Below are positions 54,645 through 64,000 of a stretch of DNA of 64,000 nucleotides, piece by piece; position 1 is the first letter of the stretch, and each line of letters starts with the position of its first letter. The stretch comes from an uncultured virus (IMG/VR IMGVR_UViG_3300027760_000001) (lineage: Duplodnaviria; Heunggongvirae; Uroviricota; Caudoviricetes): IMG/VR virus record IMGVR_UViG_3300027760_000001, one strand, 5' to 3'. A program made the position numbers and the translations under genes. Under the pieces are notes generated by a model. It saw only the letters and a program-made list of their open reading frames with translations, ran no database searches and was not told the DNA's origin.

Positions 54645-55311
54645 CACTGCTCATTTCTCTGAGACTTTGCTCTCCGAAAGGTTTGATGCGGCATGGTCTT
54701 ACGACAGGAAGACTGGTCGTTACCGCGATGAACGTGGACGCTTTCTAAGCAAAGCTGCAGTAGGCAAGCTTGTTGATGGTCGCATTTACAAGTTAGAAGC
54801 GCAGTTGAAGCAGTTCACTCGTATGCTCATAGATAATTCCATCACCTTGGAACAATGGCAAGGAAGTGTTCGTGAAGCTATCAAAAACGCCCATATTCAG
54901 GCTGGCATTATTGGCCATGGCGGAAAAGCAAGCATGGGCAGTACGCAATATGGTCGAATCGGCCAGCGGCTTCGTGCAGAATACGCTTATCTACAAGGCT
55001 TTGTTCGTGACCTTCTTGATGGTCGCATGTCTGCTCCCATGGCTCTTGCTCGTATCGGCCTTTACGCTCAAAGTGTACGAGGATCTTACTGGGAAGGAAC
55101 TGAAGCACGAGAACAGCAGCGAGGCTTTTCGCTGATGCGAAGAATCTTGGACGCCCAGGCAGAACATTGCCAGGAATGCATTGACTATGCTGCCCGTGGG
55201 ATGGTTCCCATCGGCAGTCTCCCCATGCCAGGACAGCGATGTTCTTGCAGATCTAGGTGTAAATGCTCTGTCACTTACTATCGCCAGCAAGCTCCTGTGG
55301 TGCCAGTGTAG
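54634..55311 (+). CDS. Head morphogenesis (MuF/SPP1 gp7-like) protein
   Basis: Follows portal; HCQEC..PGQRCSC..CKC. Confidence 0.7.
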   Translation: MLNDTAHFSETLLSERFDAAWSYDRKTGRYRDERGRFLSKAAVGKLVDGRIYKLEAQLKQFTRMLIDNSITLEQWQGSVREAIKNAHIQAGIIGHGGKASMGSTQYGRIGQRLRAEYAYLQGFVRDLLDGRMSAPMALARIGLYAQSVRGSYWEGTEAREQQRGFSLMRRILDAQAEHCQECIDYAARGMVPIGSLPMPGQRCSCRSRCKCSVTYYRQQAPVVPV

Positions 55312-55349
55312 AAAGACCATCTATCATCTGACAAGTTCTTGAAACGCCT

Positions 55350-56570
55350 GTGGCTCGGATTCTTTACTGCGGAGACTGTGGAGTACAAACTGGGTTTGGA
55401 CGTGTTGCTGAGTATTTGATTCCAGCACTGGCCCAGGAGCATGAAGTGCATGCTTTGGCAGTCAACTACCATGGCGACCCTAATGAAATGCAGAAGCATT
55501 GCTTCATGTATCCAGCGATGGTACATGGCAATGACCCCTTTGGCTCGCACCGCATTGGTGAACTCATTCAAACCATTAAGCCAGATTTGGTGTGGGTGAC
55601 CAACGATCTATGGATTGCTGCAAACCTATGGGAAGCAGTTAAGCCACTGTGGGAGAAGATGGACTTCAAATTCTTTGTTTACACTCCCATTGATAGTTAT
55701 GGCATCTTCCCTGAAATGGCAACATCTGCCAATGAATGGGACGGCTTGGCCACCTATACAGAGTTTGGCAAAATCGAACTTGAGACAATGGGCTACAACA
55801 AGCCCATCCATGTGATTCCCCATGGTACGGACTTTTCAAAGTTCTTTTCCATGGACAAAAAGCAATGCAGGCAAGAGCTTGGCATTCCAGAAGATGCCTT
55901 CATTGTTTTCAATGGCAACAGGAATCAACCACGTAAACGAATTGATTTGACAATCAAAGGCTTCATTAAGTTTGCAAAAGGCAAGCCTGATGCAAGGCTT
56001 TGGCTTAACATGGGCGCCAGGGACATGGGATGGGAGTTGATCCCCTTGTTCAATCGAGTGGCGCGTGATGAAGGCTATGATCCTCAAGGCAAACTAATCT
56101 TGACCAGTCCACATTTCTCTACCAGCAACTGTCTTCCCATTGAAAAGCTCAATCAAGTGTATAACGCTGTAGATGTTGGCGTTAACACTTGTATTGGAGA
56201 AGGATGGGGCCTAGTAAATACAGAGCATGCCGCCACTGGAGTGGCTCAAGTTGTACCGAACCATACAAGCCTGAAGGAAATTTTCCATGGCATTCAACGT
56301 ATTCAGTGCAATGCATCAGAAACCGATAGGAACTATGGACTAGAGCGCATGCTGCCAGATCCAGATAGCCTTGCGGAAATCCTGAACAATTACTATTCCA
56401 ATCACATGGCACTTAACGTTGCCAATAGCTGGTGTTACAAGCGAGTGCATGAAGAGCAGTTTACTTGGCCTAAGATCACCAAGAAAATGCTTGATATTGT
56501 TGGTTCTGTTTTAGAGCAAAGAAAGCAAACAGAATTCAAAGGCTTTGGCACTCCTGCTCGTATTGGTTGA
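55350..56570 (+). CDS. GT-B fold glycosyltransferase (GT4-like)
   Basis: TGFGRV, IPHGTD, NRNQPRKR, GEGWGL..EHAATG. Confidence 0.9.
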   Translation: MARILYCGDCGVQTGFGRVAEYLIPALAQEHEVHALAVNYHGDPNEMQKHCFMYPAMVHGNDPFGSHRIGELIQTIKPDLVWVTNDLWIAANLWEAVKPLWEKMDFKFFVYTPIDSYGIFPEMATSANEWDGLATYTEFGKIELETMGYNKPIHVIPHGTDFSKFFSMDKKQCRQELGIPEDAFIVFNGNRNQPRKRIDLTIKGFIKFAKGKPDARLWLNMGARDMGWELIPLFNRVARDEGYDPQGKLILTSPHFSTSNCLPIEKLNQVYNAVDVGVNTCIGEGWGLVNTEHAATGVAQVVPNHTSLKEIFHGIQRIQCNASETDRNYGLERMLPDPDSLAEILNNYYSNHMALNVANSWCYKRVHEEQFTWPKITKKMLDIVGSVLEQRKQTEFKGFGTPARIG

Positions 56571-56575
56571 TCATC

Positions 56576-57286
56576 ATGAACATCTCGCAGATTTTTCTTT
56601 CTGACACCGACAAGGAGCTTTCTCCTTTCCTAAAGTTTGCCACTGGAACCATTGACCAATGCTTCCCTGGCTGTGACCATACTATTTATAACAAAGAAAC
56701 TCTTCGGCAGTTTATTGATGAAAACTTCCATCAGTCAGTTGTAGATGCCTATGACTGCCTAAAGCCATATTCCTATAAGGCAGACTTGGGACGCTTTTGC
56801 TTGCTCTACAAGCTTGGCGGATGGTACATGGACATTGCAGTTCGCGCAGTAAATGGAGTGGAGATTGGCAATCAAATTGAATTCCTTGCCTTTAGGGATA
56901 TTCAGCGATTCAGTTATACTTCTTGGGCTTGCGCTACAACTGTGCTCTATTCAAAGCCTGGCAATAATGCGCTGATGACTGCCATTGAAATGATTATTGA
57001 TAATTGCGCTGAGAAGTATTATGGCATTACGCCATTGTGCCCCACCGGCCCAACTCTTCTTGGTGCTGCTTTGGCAGCAAATGGTGGCAATACCAATTTC
57101 GTTTATGGCGACTACTTGGAGCTAACTCCTACACATGAAAACAAGAATCGTGCCTTTGTTCTGCCAGATGGCACAATCATGGCATGGAGCAAGCCCTCTG
57201 GAGGGGGTGATTTAACTGGTGTTGGCGCTAAGGGCGTGAACAACTACAACGAACTGTGGGCAGCGAGGAACGTATATGCAGGCTAA
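56576..57286 (+). CDS. GT32-like (DXD) glycosyltransferase
   Basis: YKADLGRFCLLYKLGGWYMD, TGP.LLG. Confidence 0.85.
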   Translation: MNISQIFLSDTDKELSPFLKFATGTIDQCFPGCDHTIYNKETLRQFIDENFHQSVVDAYDCLKPYSYKADLGRFCLLYKLGGWYMDIAVRAVNGVEIGNQIEFLAFRDIQRFSYTSWACATTVLYSKPGNNALMTAIEMIIDNCAEKYYGITPLCPTGPTLLGAALAANGGNTNFVYGDYLELTPTHENKNRAFVLPDGTIMAWSKPSGGGDLTGVGAKGVNNYNELWAARNVYAG

Positions 57287-57989
57287 GGATCTCAGCATCT
57301 ATGCAGTGGGAACGAAGGACCTTCCCATGCGCTATGAATCAGTGGCAACACTTAAGCAACTATGCGCCCATTCCTCGGCTTTGCTTTCAGAAGAAAGAGA
57401 AGCACTGAGAGCGCGGGGATGGTACTTTGATGACGAAGGAGACAACATCTCTGCTCTTAATCCATGGTGGGGCGAATTAACTGGAGTGTATTGGCTTTTA
57501 CGTAATACCAATGACCTTCTAGTGGGAAATGCTCAATATCGAAGATACTGGGTAAATGAAGGCATTGAGCATTCCAGCGAAAGTCAACTATATGTATCGG
57601 GCACTTGCCTGTTTAATTGCTCTTTGGCTGATCAGTTTAGAGGAGGTCATTCCTTCAGGGGAATTGAAATGACGATGGAGGCAGCAGAGCGCGGCAAGTT
57701 ACCATTCACCGTTAATGAGATGCGTTCTGTTTGGGAGCAAAATCACTTCTTTGGTGGTCCTATGGCGAGAGGACCTCGCAAGGATTATACGGCCTTGATG
57801 ACGGTGCTTTTTGATTGCTTGTGGCCCATCTGGGAGGACAATAAAGACGAAATTAAGGCACTTTCTGGCTATGATCAACGCGCTATGGCTTTCCTAAGCG
57901 AACGACTACTTGCAGGCGTTGTCTTGCTTCGTGAGAAGTTCTTTGGAAACATGTCTATCCTTTGCGCTCCGATGAGCTTCATTCCATGA
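57276..57989 (+). CDS. DUF4422 family putative glycosyltransferase
   Basis: DDEGDNISALNPWWGELTGVYWL, YRRY, RAMAFLSERL. Confidence 0.82.
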   Translation: MQAKDLSIYAVGTKDLPMRYESVATLKQLCAHSSALLSEEREALRARGWYFDDEGDNISALNPWWGELTGVYWLLRNTNDLLVGNAQYRRYWVNEGIEHSSESQLYVSGTCLFNCSLADQFRGGHSFRGIEMTMEAAERGKLPFTVNEMRSVWEQNHFFGGPMARGPRKDYTALMTVLFDCLWPIWEDNKDEIKALSGYDQRAMAFLSERLLAGVVLLREKFFGNMSILCAPMSFIP

Positions 57990-59128
57990 CTCGCACTATT
58001 CTCGATCTTGGCCAACAGCCCCTTGTCAATAATCTTTGCCAAGACGAAGCGTCCTCCCTTGCAGCCGAACAGTTTCCTCTCAAGGCGATTCTGGAAGATG
58101 ATCTAACCATCCATTTGGACTATGCAGTCGATCCGTCTGTCTTATATGGCAACTATTTGTATCATTCCTCGACAAGCAAGCCATATCTTGAGCATTGCAA
58201 GCAAATGTTTAGGAGCTTTTGTTTTCTAAGGCATGATGTGGTTATAGATATTGGCGGCAATGATGGATCTTTGCTGAAGCAAATTAAAGAGAATAGCAAG
58301 CAAAAGCCAGTCTTAATTAACGTAGATGCAAGTCCCACCTTCAAGGAGGAAAACGAGAAGGAAGGCATTATTTTTGTCAATGATTTCTGGGGAGACCATC
58401 TATCCCTGCCAAAGGCAAATATAATCACTTCAACTAATGTTTTTCAGCATACAAAAGACATTCATGCTTTCATGCGTGGCATCGAAAGATTCCTGGATGG
58501 AGTGTGGATCCTGGAATTTCCCTACGCAGCGGAAACCATTCGGACTGATCAATTTGACCAGTTTTACCATGAGCATTATTACTACTGGCTGCTAACTCCT
58601 CTTGAAGCACTGTTTAAGCAATATGGGCTAAGGATTATTCATCATGAAATGCAAGACATTCATGGTGGCACAATGCGGCTATGGATGACAAATAGAGAAG
58701 TTGGAGCGCCAACTTGTGACCTATCTTCTTATAAAGATAAAGAAAAAGAACTAATGTATGATGCCATTTTAGGCTTAAATATTAGAAGCCTTAAGCGGCA
58801 GTTTGCTTCAATGTCAGAAAACGTTGAATCATTCGGGAAGATCGCCTTCTTTGGAGCTGCCGCGAAGGGATGCGTCTTCCTGAACGCTCTAGGAATCAAC
58901 TCAGCCAACAATGGGCCTTCTTTCGTGATTGACGACACGAAGAGCAAGCAAGGGCTGTACGTACCTGGTACGGGCTTTCCAGTGGTAGATCGCAGCCATC
59001 TTTCGCAGTGCAATACCATCATCATCCTTGCCCATAACTTTGCAGATCACATTGCAAAATCATTGCGACAAGACGGCTTCAATGGTCGAATTGTCGCTAT
59101 GCTTCCTTGGTATCGGGAGTTTGATTGA
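57986..59128 (+). CDS. NDP-sugar C-methyltransferase-like protein
   Basis: DLGQQPL, YLYHSS, DIGGNDG, FDQFYHEHYYY, HGGTMR, FGAAAKG, KQGLYVPG. Confidence 0.88.
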   Translation: MTRTILDLGQQPLVNNLCQDEASSLAAEQFPLKAILEDDLTIHLDYAVDPSVLYGNYLYHSSTSKPYLEHCKQMFRSFCFLRHDVVIDIGGNDGSLLKQIKENSKQKPVLINVDASPTFKEENEKEGIIFVNDFWGDHLSLPKANIITSTNVFQHTKDIHAFMRGIERFLDGVWILEFPYAAETIRTDQFDQFYHEHYYYWLLTPLEALFKQYGLRIIHHEMQDIHGGTMRLWMTNREVGAPTCDLSSYKDKEKELMYDAILGLNIRSLKRQFASMSENVESFGKIAFFGAAAKGCVFLNALGINSANNGPSFVIDDTKSKQGLYVPGTGFPVVDRSHLSQCNTIIILAHNFADHIAKSLRQDGFNGRIVAMLPWYREFD

Positions 59129-59733
59129 TGCAACTATCTACAGAAGCGCCTGGCATTGATGCCATTCTTAACGCGCAAAGCATCAATGGGTTTGAATGGC
59201 CAGGTGGCACCGACAAGCAAACTCTCCATTCGTATGGGCCTGTCTACGAAAAACTGCTTTCCCCATTGAAGGACAAGAAAGCAACCATCCTTGAAGTGGG
59301 AGTGCAGCTAGGTGGATCGCTCCTGCTTTGGCACGACTTCCTGCCTCAAAGCGTCGTGATTGGCGTTGATAATAAGAATACCATTGACCCTAGCATCATG
59401 CCCCGCATGGATCCATTGCGCTGTGCAGTGCTGTTCATGGATGCCTATGCCAACGACACTGTTTCAAAAGTACAGCAGTTGGCAATCAATGGAATTGATT
59501 TTGCTATTGATGATGGCCCGCATTCGCTAGAAAGCCAAAAACGCTTCTTGGAGCTGTACTTGCCATTGCTCAATGAAGGCGGCATTGCCGTGATTGAAGA
59601 CATCCAAGACTACGGATGGTTTGAAGAGTTAATTCCATTGGTCAGTGATCAGTATGTCTATGAAATAGTTGATTTACGTGGCGTGAAGGGAAGGTATGAT
59701 GACTTGATGCTTGTTGTCAAAAAAATAAGATGA
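59125..59733 (+). CDS. Class I SAM O-methyltransferase
   Basis: TDK..HSY..YE, LEVGV..GGSLLLW, IDDGPH, GGIAVIEDI. Confidence 0.85.
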   Translation: MMQLSTEAPGIDAILNAQSINGFEWPGGTDKQTLHSYGPVYEKLLSPLKDKKATILEVGVQLGGSLLLWHDFLPQSVVIGVDNKNTIDPSIMPRMDPLRCAVLFMDAYANDTVSKVQQLAINGIDFAIDDGPHSLESQKRFLELYLPLLNEGGIAVIEDIQDYGWFEELIPLVSDQYVYEIVDLRGVKGRYDDLMLVVKKIR

Positions 59734-60446
59734 GCTTGCGCCCATTGTTTATTGTTTACCATTTGTTTCAAGCGGAACGATGGGAGCAAATATATTGCGA
59801 ACAGATGGGCGCGATGATGCTTAGCGGATTGCTTGATCACGCACATTTAACCATTGGAATCAATGGTGATCAAGGCATTGATGCTCCTAGCAATTGCAAG
59901 ATAATCCGCCATTGTGATGGTTTCTCTGAAAAGCCTTCATTGTTACTGGCTCGTCAAATTGCAGAAGAATATCCAACTGCCTCAATCCTGTATTTGCACA
60001 GTAAAGGCATTTCTCATGCCACTAGAAATCAAGATGATTGGAGAATGATGATGCAGCACTTCCTAATTGTCAATTGGGAAAAAGCTGTTGATCTTCTTGA
60101 TGATTATGATGTGGTATCAGTGAATTGGCGTACTTTCCCAGTTGCTCATCCATCGGGGAATTATTGGTGGACAAGGGCTTCTCATTTGCTGAATTTAGAT
60201 CCAGCTTATTTGGACTCGACAGATAGATGGAGGCAAGAATTCTGGATGGGCTCTGTTCCATGTAAAGTGGCAAATATGCACGAAACAGAATTGGATCATT
60301 ACAACGAAGAGTGTCCTTCTTCTAAATATTGTCAATCATATTTTTGTCGTTATCGAGGAGGCTCACTGCGTCTTAGCTTTTCCTCAAGAGCCAAAGCAAT
60401 AGAAGAAGGGCGACTGTCTCCAGTGGCTAAGATAGACTTTTTCTAG
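59730..60446 (+). CDS. Putative glycan-modifying protein
   Basis: ILYLHSKG, SGNYWW, EFWMG motifs typical of viral glycosylation clusters. Confidence 0.6.
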   Translation: MSLRPLFIVYHLFQAERWEQIYCEQMGAMMLSGLLDHAHLTIGINGDQGIDAPSNCKIIRHCDGFSEKPSLLLARQIAEEYPTASILYLHSKGISHATRNQDDWRMMMQHFLIVNWEKAVDLLDDYDVVSVNWRTFPVAHPSGNYWWTRASHLLNLDPAYLDSTDRWRQEFWMGSVPCKVANMHETELDHYNEECPSSKYCQSYFCRYRGGSLRLSFSSRAKAIEEGRLSPVAKIDFF

Positions 60447-60474
60447 GAAAAAACTGAAATTATGGTCAATAATC

Positions 60475-61023
60475 TCACTCATTGTCAGAGTAATTTTTAT
60501 CACTCCACAAAGAAAGCTCTTTTTTCTGATGCTCAGAATTGCTGAGAATTTCTAAATTGTCAATATGGTTGTTCAAGCAATTGCCGTCAATATGATGAAC
60601 GTGTTCCCATTTTTCAAGCTTGCGTTTTAAGTGTTGCTCCATTATCCATCGATGTTCCCTAACTTGCTCTCCGTCGACCATAATGGTGGCGTACTGACGA
60701 GCTGGCTGATTCTTTTGCCTTAAAGATTCTGATCTGCGCATTAGTGGCGAATTTCTTCTTGCTTTTTCTCCTATTTCAGGATGATTCAATGCCAAGCACC
60801 TGCGAGAGCAGTATTTCGCTGTATTGGATCTATATGCTGGAACATAGAAAATAACACCACAATGCAAACAGCTACAGGTAGCGCCTTTTTTCTTTCTGTC
60901 TGGAATTTTGCCCGATCTTTTTAAGTGACCAGTCTGGCAACTGCGACAGCAATAAACATTTGTCTTCCTCCTGGGGGCAAAAAGCTTGCTACAGTTAAGA
61001 CATGGCCGGGTATCCATGGTCAA
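60475..61023 (-). CDS. HNH homing endonuclease
   Basis: Repeated CxxC..YCSxxC fingers; EHRWIME, HVHHIDGN..NN..NL. Confidence 0.88.
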   Translation of the reverse strand: MTMDTRPCLNCSKLFAPRRKTNVYCCRSCQTGHLKRSGKIPDRKKKGATCSCLHCGVIFYVPAYRSNTAKYCSRRCLALNHPEIGEKARRNSPLMRRSESLRQKNQPARQYATIMVDGEQVREHRWIMEQHLKRKLEKWEHVHHIDGNCLNNHIDNLEILSNSEHQKKELSLWSDKNYSDNE

Positions 61024-61060
61024 AAGATCAACTTCCCATTACTATAGCACTTTCCGAGTC

Positions 61061-61330
61061 ATGGCCACTGAGATCCTAAAAAAAAAGCAAGCAAAAATAG
61101 CTCGCGTAATGAGAGAGTTCAAGGCTGGCACCTTAAAGGGCAGCGGTGGAGATAAAATTACCGATCGTCGCCGTGCAATTGCAATTGCTCTGTCGGAAGC
61201 TGGCATGACCATGAAGGGTAAGAGCGATGCTTATATTGATGCCTATGTAGACACTATGATGTGCATGGAAATGGAAGAACCAGAAGAAGAAACCATGCAA
61301 CAAGGCATGGATGGCCAGGGAAAGTCCTGA
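61061..61330 (+). CDS. Small basic head-region protein (DUF6496-like); 0-frame product of a frameshift
   Basis: KIARVMREFKAGTL..AIAIALSEA. Confidence 0.75.
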   Translation: MATEILKKKQAKIARVMREFKAGTLKGSGGDKITDRRRAIAIALSEAGMTMKGKSDAYIDAYVDTMMCMEMEEPEEETMQQGMDGQGKS

Positions 61331-61355
61331 GGGGAGATGCCGAGTCATTCTCCCC
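61318..61355 (+). other. Programmed -1 ribosomal frameshift signal
   Basis: In-phase G_GGA_AAG heptamer, 6-nt spacer, GGGGAGAUG/CAUUCUCCCC hairpin. Confidence 0.75.
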
Positions 61356-61677
61356 ACCATCGTCTGTAAGGGCCGCAGCGCGTCGCGGGCTAGAACTACG
61401 CGAGAAGTATGGCAAAGGCGGCTTGACGACGCAGGAAGCGGGCAAACAGGGCATTGGAAGCGGAGTGGCGAGGGCCGCAAGTCTTGCCAATGGTGAAAAA
61501 CTGAGCTACGAAACCATCAAGCGCATGGCAGCTTTCTTTTCTCGTCATGAGAAAAATAAGACTGGTGGTGAGAATGACGCTGGCTACATCGCCTGGAAAT
61601 TATGGGGAGGAGATTCTGGCAGGGCTTGGGCGAATCGGATCATTAAGATGGTTGAAACTCGCAACCAAAACCAGTGA
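61320..61677 (+). CDS. -1 frame extension: conserved phage head-region domain
   Basis: PP.SVRAAARRGL..TIKRMAAFFSRH..GYIAWKLWGG; conserved-looking part starts after the slippery site. Confidence 0.72.
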
Positions 61678-61979
61678 GCGAATACGTGCAGGTGGTCGAA
61701 GAGGAAGAGGACGGCATTGGCATCATGAAGGCCCTGGCTGTTCTTTCTTCAAATGAGCACAGGGATACTTGTCATTGGCGGCTGATAGAAGAGCAGCATT
61801 TCAAAAATGGAAGGCTTGATGAAACTCATATTTTTGTAACAAACCACTACGAAAAGCCGCATGAAATTTTTGCTCCCATTAAGCTCCTAGTCTTTGAAGC
61901 AGAAGCGCTTGCCAATGCTTACATCATGGAAAACATTGAGAACCAGTTGGCAGAGATTCGCGGAGAAAATGATGACTAA
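61674..61979 (+). CDS. Hypothetical acidic protein
   Basis: GTGA-coupled. Confidence 0.6.
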   Translation: MSEYVQVVEEEEDGIGIMKALAVLSSNEHRDTCHWRLIEEQHFKNGRLDETHIFVTNHYEKPHEIFAPIKLLVFEAEALANAYIMENIENQLAEIRGENDD

Positions 61980-62272
61980 TCTTCTACTGCGGATGCCACA
62001 AATGTTGGATAACCCAGCAAGTACAAGATAGAAAGCTGAAAAAGAGAACTAAGTACACGAATTTGTCCACAGTCAGGCGATATTTGCCCACGCTCCATTC
62101 TCGATATTGTTGTTTGATCGCAGTGGATGGTTTTTGCGATATCCGACTGCGACAATCCACAGTTTAAGCGAGCTTGCCTGAGTCTGTCGCCAATAATTTT
62201 CCTGCTTTCTTGAATGGTGACAATGGGGGCGTTAAGCTTCTTGGTGATCCGTCGTTGTTGAGTGTGCTGCAT
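61976..62272 (-). CDS. XRE-family HTH regulator
   Basis: IGDRLRQAR..GLSQSDIA..TISRMERG..P. Confidence 0.85.
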   Translation of the reverse strand: MQHTQQRRITKKLNAPIVTIQESRKIIGDRLRQARLNCGLSQSDIAKTIHCDQTTISRMERGQISPDCGQIRVLSSLFQLSILYLLGYPTFVASAVED

Positions 62273-62333
62273 TTTTAGGCAGTATATCCTAAATACCATT
62301 ATTCTACACAATAATTTCAGATAAAGTAGAGGC

Positions 62334-63521
62334 ATGAGCGACACATGCTTTCGCTACGACGTAGCTCCCATTGACAAGTACGAAGTAACCCCAGAAGGTT
62401 ACCTTCGCGCTTGGGCGACCATTGCCCGCACTGGCGTACAACAGTACACCGATGCTGATGGTTCCATTCGCCGGGAGTATCGTCCTGAAAGTGAAGTGGC
62501 GTCTCCTTCAAGCTTGGCCTCGTTTGCGGGCAAAGCAATCACCCTTGAGCATCCTCCAGTCCTTCTAGATAGCGCCAATACAAAGGACTATCAAGTTGGA
62601 TTTAGTGGCACTGAAGTGGTTTATGACGACGGCTTTGTTCGTGCAGTCATGACTATCACTGATGAAGAAGCCATTAAGCGCATCATGCGTGGAGATGCAA
62701 AAGAAGTCAGCGCTGGTTATCGCGTTAACTATGAGGCAACTCCTGGTGTAACTGATAGCGGTGAGAATTACGATGGCATCCAAAAGGAAATCAGCGGAAA
62801 TCACATTGCTGTTGTTCGTAGAGGCCGTGCTGGCCCGCAGGTCAAGCTTCATCTAGATCGTCTGGATGCCGCTGATCCTTCTCTAATTTCTCCTATTGAG
62901 GAACCATCTATGACTGCAAAAGTCAATTTTGATGGCGCCGAGTTTGAGGTGACCGAGAGCGTAGCTCTGGCGATCACCAAAGAACGGGAAGACGCCAAGA
63001 TGTCCTTTGAGGACATGAAGAAGAAATATGACGAGCTTAAGGCTGCGTCTGATTCTATGAAGTCCGAAATGGATGCCATGGAAAAGAAAATGAAAGGCCA
63101 ATGCGATTCTGCTGAAGGTCGTGCCGATGCTCTTTCTGAAGAACTGAACAGCCTCAAGGCCGACCTTGAAGTTGCTCAGCAAGTGAATGTTGACAGCCTT
63201 GTTGAAGAGCGCGTTGCGTTGATCGACAAAGCTCGCACTTCTCTTGATTCTGCCTTTGATTTCTCTGGCAAAACTGCCCGTGAGATCATGGAAGCTTCTG
63301 TGAAGGCTGTTCGTGGTGATGTTGATCTTTCGGAGCGTTCCGACGATTACATCACTGCCATGTTCGACACTCTGGCTGATGTTTCCCGTAGCGATTCAAC
63401 CACTGATGAGCTGCGTAAGGCTGTTGCCTCCATCAATTCCCCATCGTCTGCTCCTTCGTCCTACATGGACAAGTTGCAAAACGCTTGGAAATCCCCCCTC
63501 TCCGTTTCTAAGGAGCGCTGA
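62334..63521 (+). CDS. DUF2213 prohead protease/scaffold protein
   Basis: TPEGYL..IARTG, ITLEHP, EVSAGY, NHIAVV..GRAG; coiled-coil C-terminal half. Confidence 0.88.
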   Translation: MSDTCFRYDVAPIDKYEVTPEGYLRAWATIARTGVQQYTDADGSIRREYRPESEVASPSSLASFAGKAITLEHPPVLLDSANTKDYQVGFSGTEVVYDDGFVRAVMTITDEEAIKRIMRGDAKEVSAGYRVNYEATPGVTDSGENYDGIQKEISGNHIAVVRRGRAGPQVKLHLDRLDAADPSLISPIEEPSMTAKVNFDGAEFEVTESVALAITKEREDAKMSFEDMKKKYDELKAASDSMKSEMDAMEKKMKGQCDSAEGRADALSEELNSLKADLEVAQQVNVDSLVEERVALIDKARTSLDSAFDFSGKTAREIMEASVKAVRGDVDLSERSDDYITAMFDTLADVSRSDSTTDELRKAVASINSPSSAPSSYMDKLQNAWKSPLSVSKER

Positions 63522-63524
63522 CCC

Positions 63525-64000
63525 ATGGCTGTAACTTTTACTACGTCGGGGACTGCTTCCGTTGGTGGTGTGCAACAGAGCTACGCTCTGACTCATACCG
63601 CTATTCAGGAAGGTCAACTTTCCGATATTCGCGACAATACGGTTAATACTTGCATCAATGAGACTGCCGTTGTGCAGCCCTTCGGCGATTTGCAAGTGTA
63701 TAACCTGGCTGGCACCGTTGCAAACTCTGCTACCACCATTTCTGGCGCCACTGGCACGGTCCTTGGCGTTAATATTCTCACCTATGTTGACGAAACTGCT
63801 CGCAATAGCGACGGTCGTCCTGGTGTGAAAGTTGCCCAAGCAATGAACGTTGCTAGCGAAGGCGCAGTTGCCGTCTATGTGACTGGCGCTGTCAACCCTG
63901 CCTCGACTGTCCGTGTGCTGTATTCGGCTAGTGGCACTGGCAAGGCTGGTCAATTCAGCCACGCTTTTGCTTCGGGCAAGACCGTTCGCCTTTCCAATGC
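63525..64000 (+). CDS. Capsid decoration/cement-like protein (3' truncated)
   Basis: MAVTFTTSG..VQQSY..EGQLSD..NET..PFG; open to the window end; follows DUF2213. Confidence 0.65.
   Translation, partial: MAVTFTTSGTASVGGVQQSYALTHTAIQEGQLSDIRDNTVNTCINETAVVQPFGDLQVYNLAGTVANSATTISGATGTVLGVNILTYVDETARNSDGRPGVKVAQAMNVASEGAVAVYVTGAVNPASTVRVLYSASGTGKAGQFSHAFASGKTVRLSN

Noticed and set aside
61976..62272. Evidence of a prophage or lysogeny module
   Set aside because: No integrase, att site or host genes in the window; lifestyle cannot be determined.
1..64000. Alternative genetic code
   Set aside because: Standard-code ORFs tile densely; TAA, TAG and TGA all end conserved genes; no suppressor tRNA.

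Overview
A 64 kb piece of a tailed dsDNA phage (siphovirus-type, lambda-like tail tip), most likely infecting a cyanobacterium. Host evidence: a short cyanophage-type class I RNR, HLR1/RpaB-like boxes and SD-less pyrimidine-rich leaders. Gene order: tape measure end, M-L-K-I-J tail tip and about 14 kb of fibre/accessory virion genes (1-20.9 kb); lysis-like genes; ThyX, dCTP deaminase, Sak3/exonuclease/SSB and primase-helicase (23-30.7 kb); a long early region of small genes, many with their own promoters (31-43.9 kb), including two orphan DNA methyltransferases and a repeat-flanked AATT-rich segment that may be a genome end; RNR, a large structured non-coding region, a metallophosphoesterase and tRNA-Leu(UAA) (46.7-50.4 kb); an inverted TerL, portal, a six-gene glycosyl/methyltransferase cluster and head genes (50.9-64 kb). 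Best leads: (1) six promoters with an HLR1-like box at an invariant 34-nt offset from the -10 element; (2) four candidate structured ncRNAs, one about 430 nt with pseudoknots and ending in a D-armless tRNA mimic; (3) a classic -1 frameshift signal in the head module; (4) a glycan-building cluster inside the head operon; (5) a 2.4 kb AATT-enriched segment. All calls come from motif recognition and hand folding or counting; no database searches were run.
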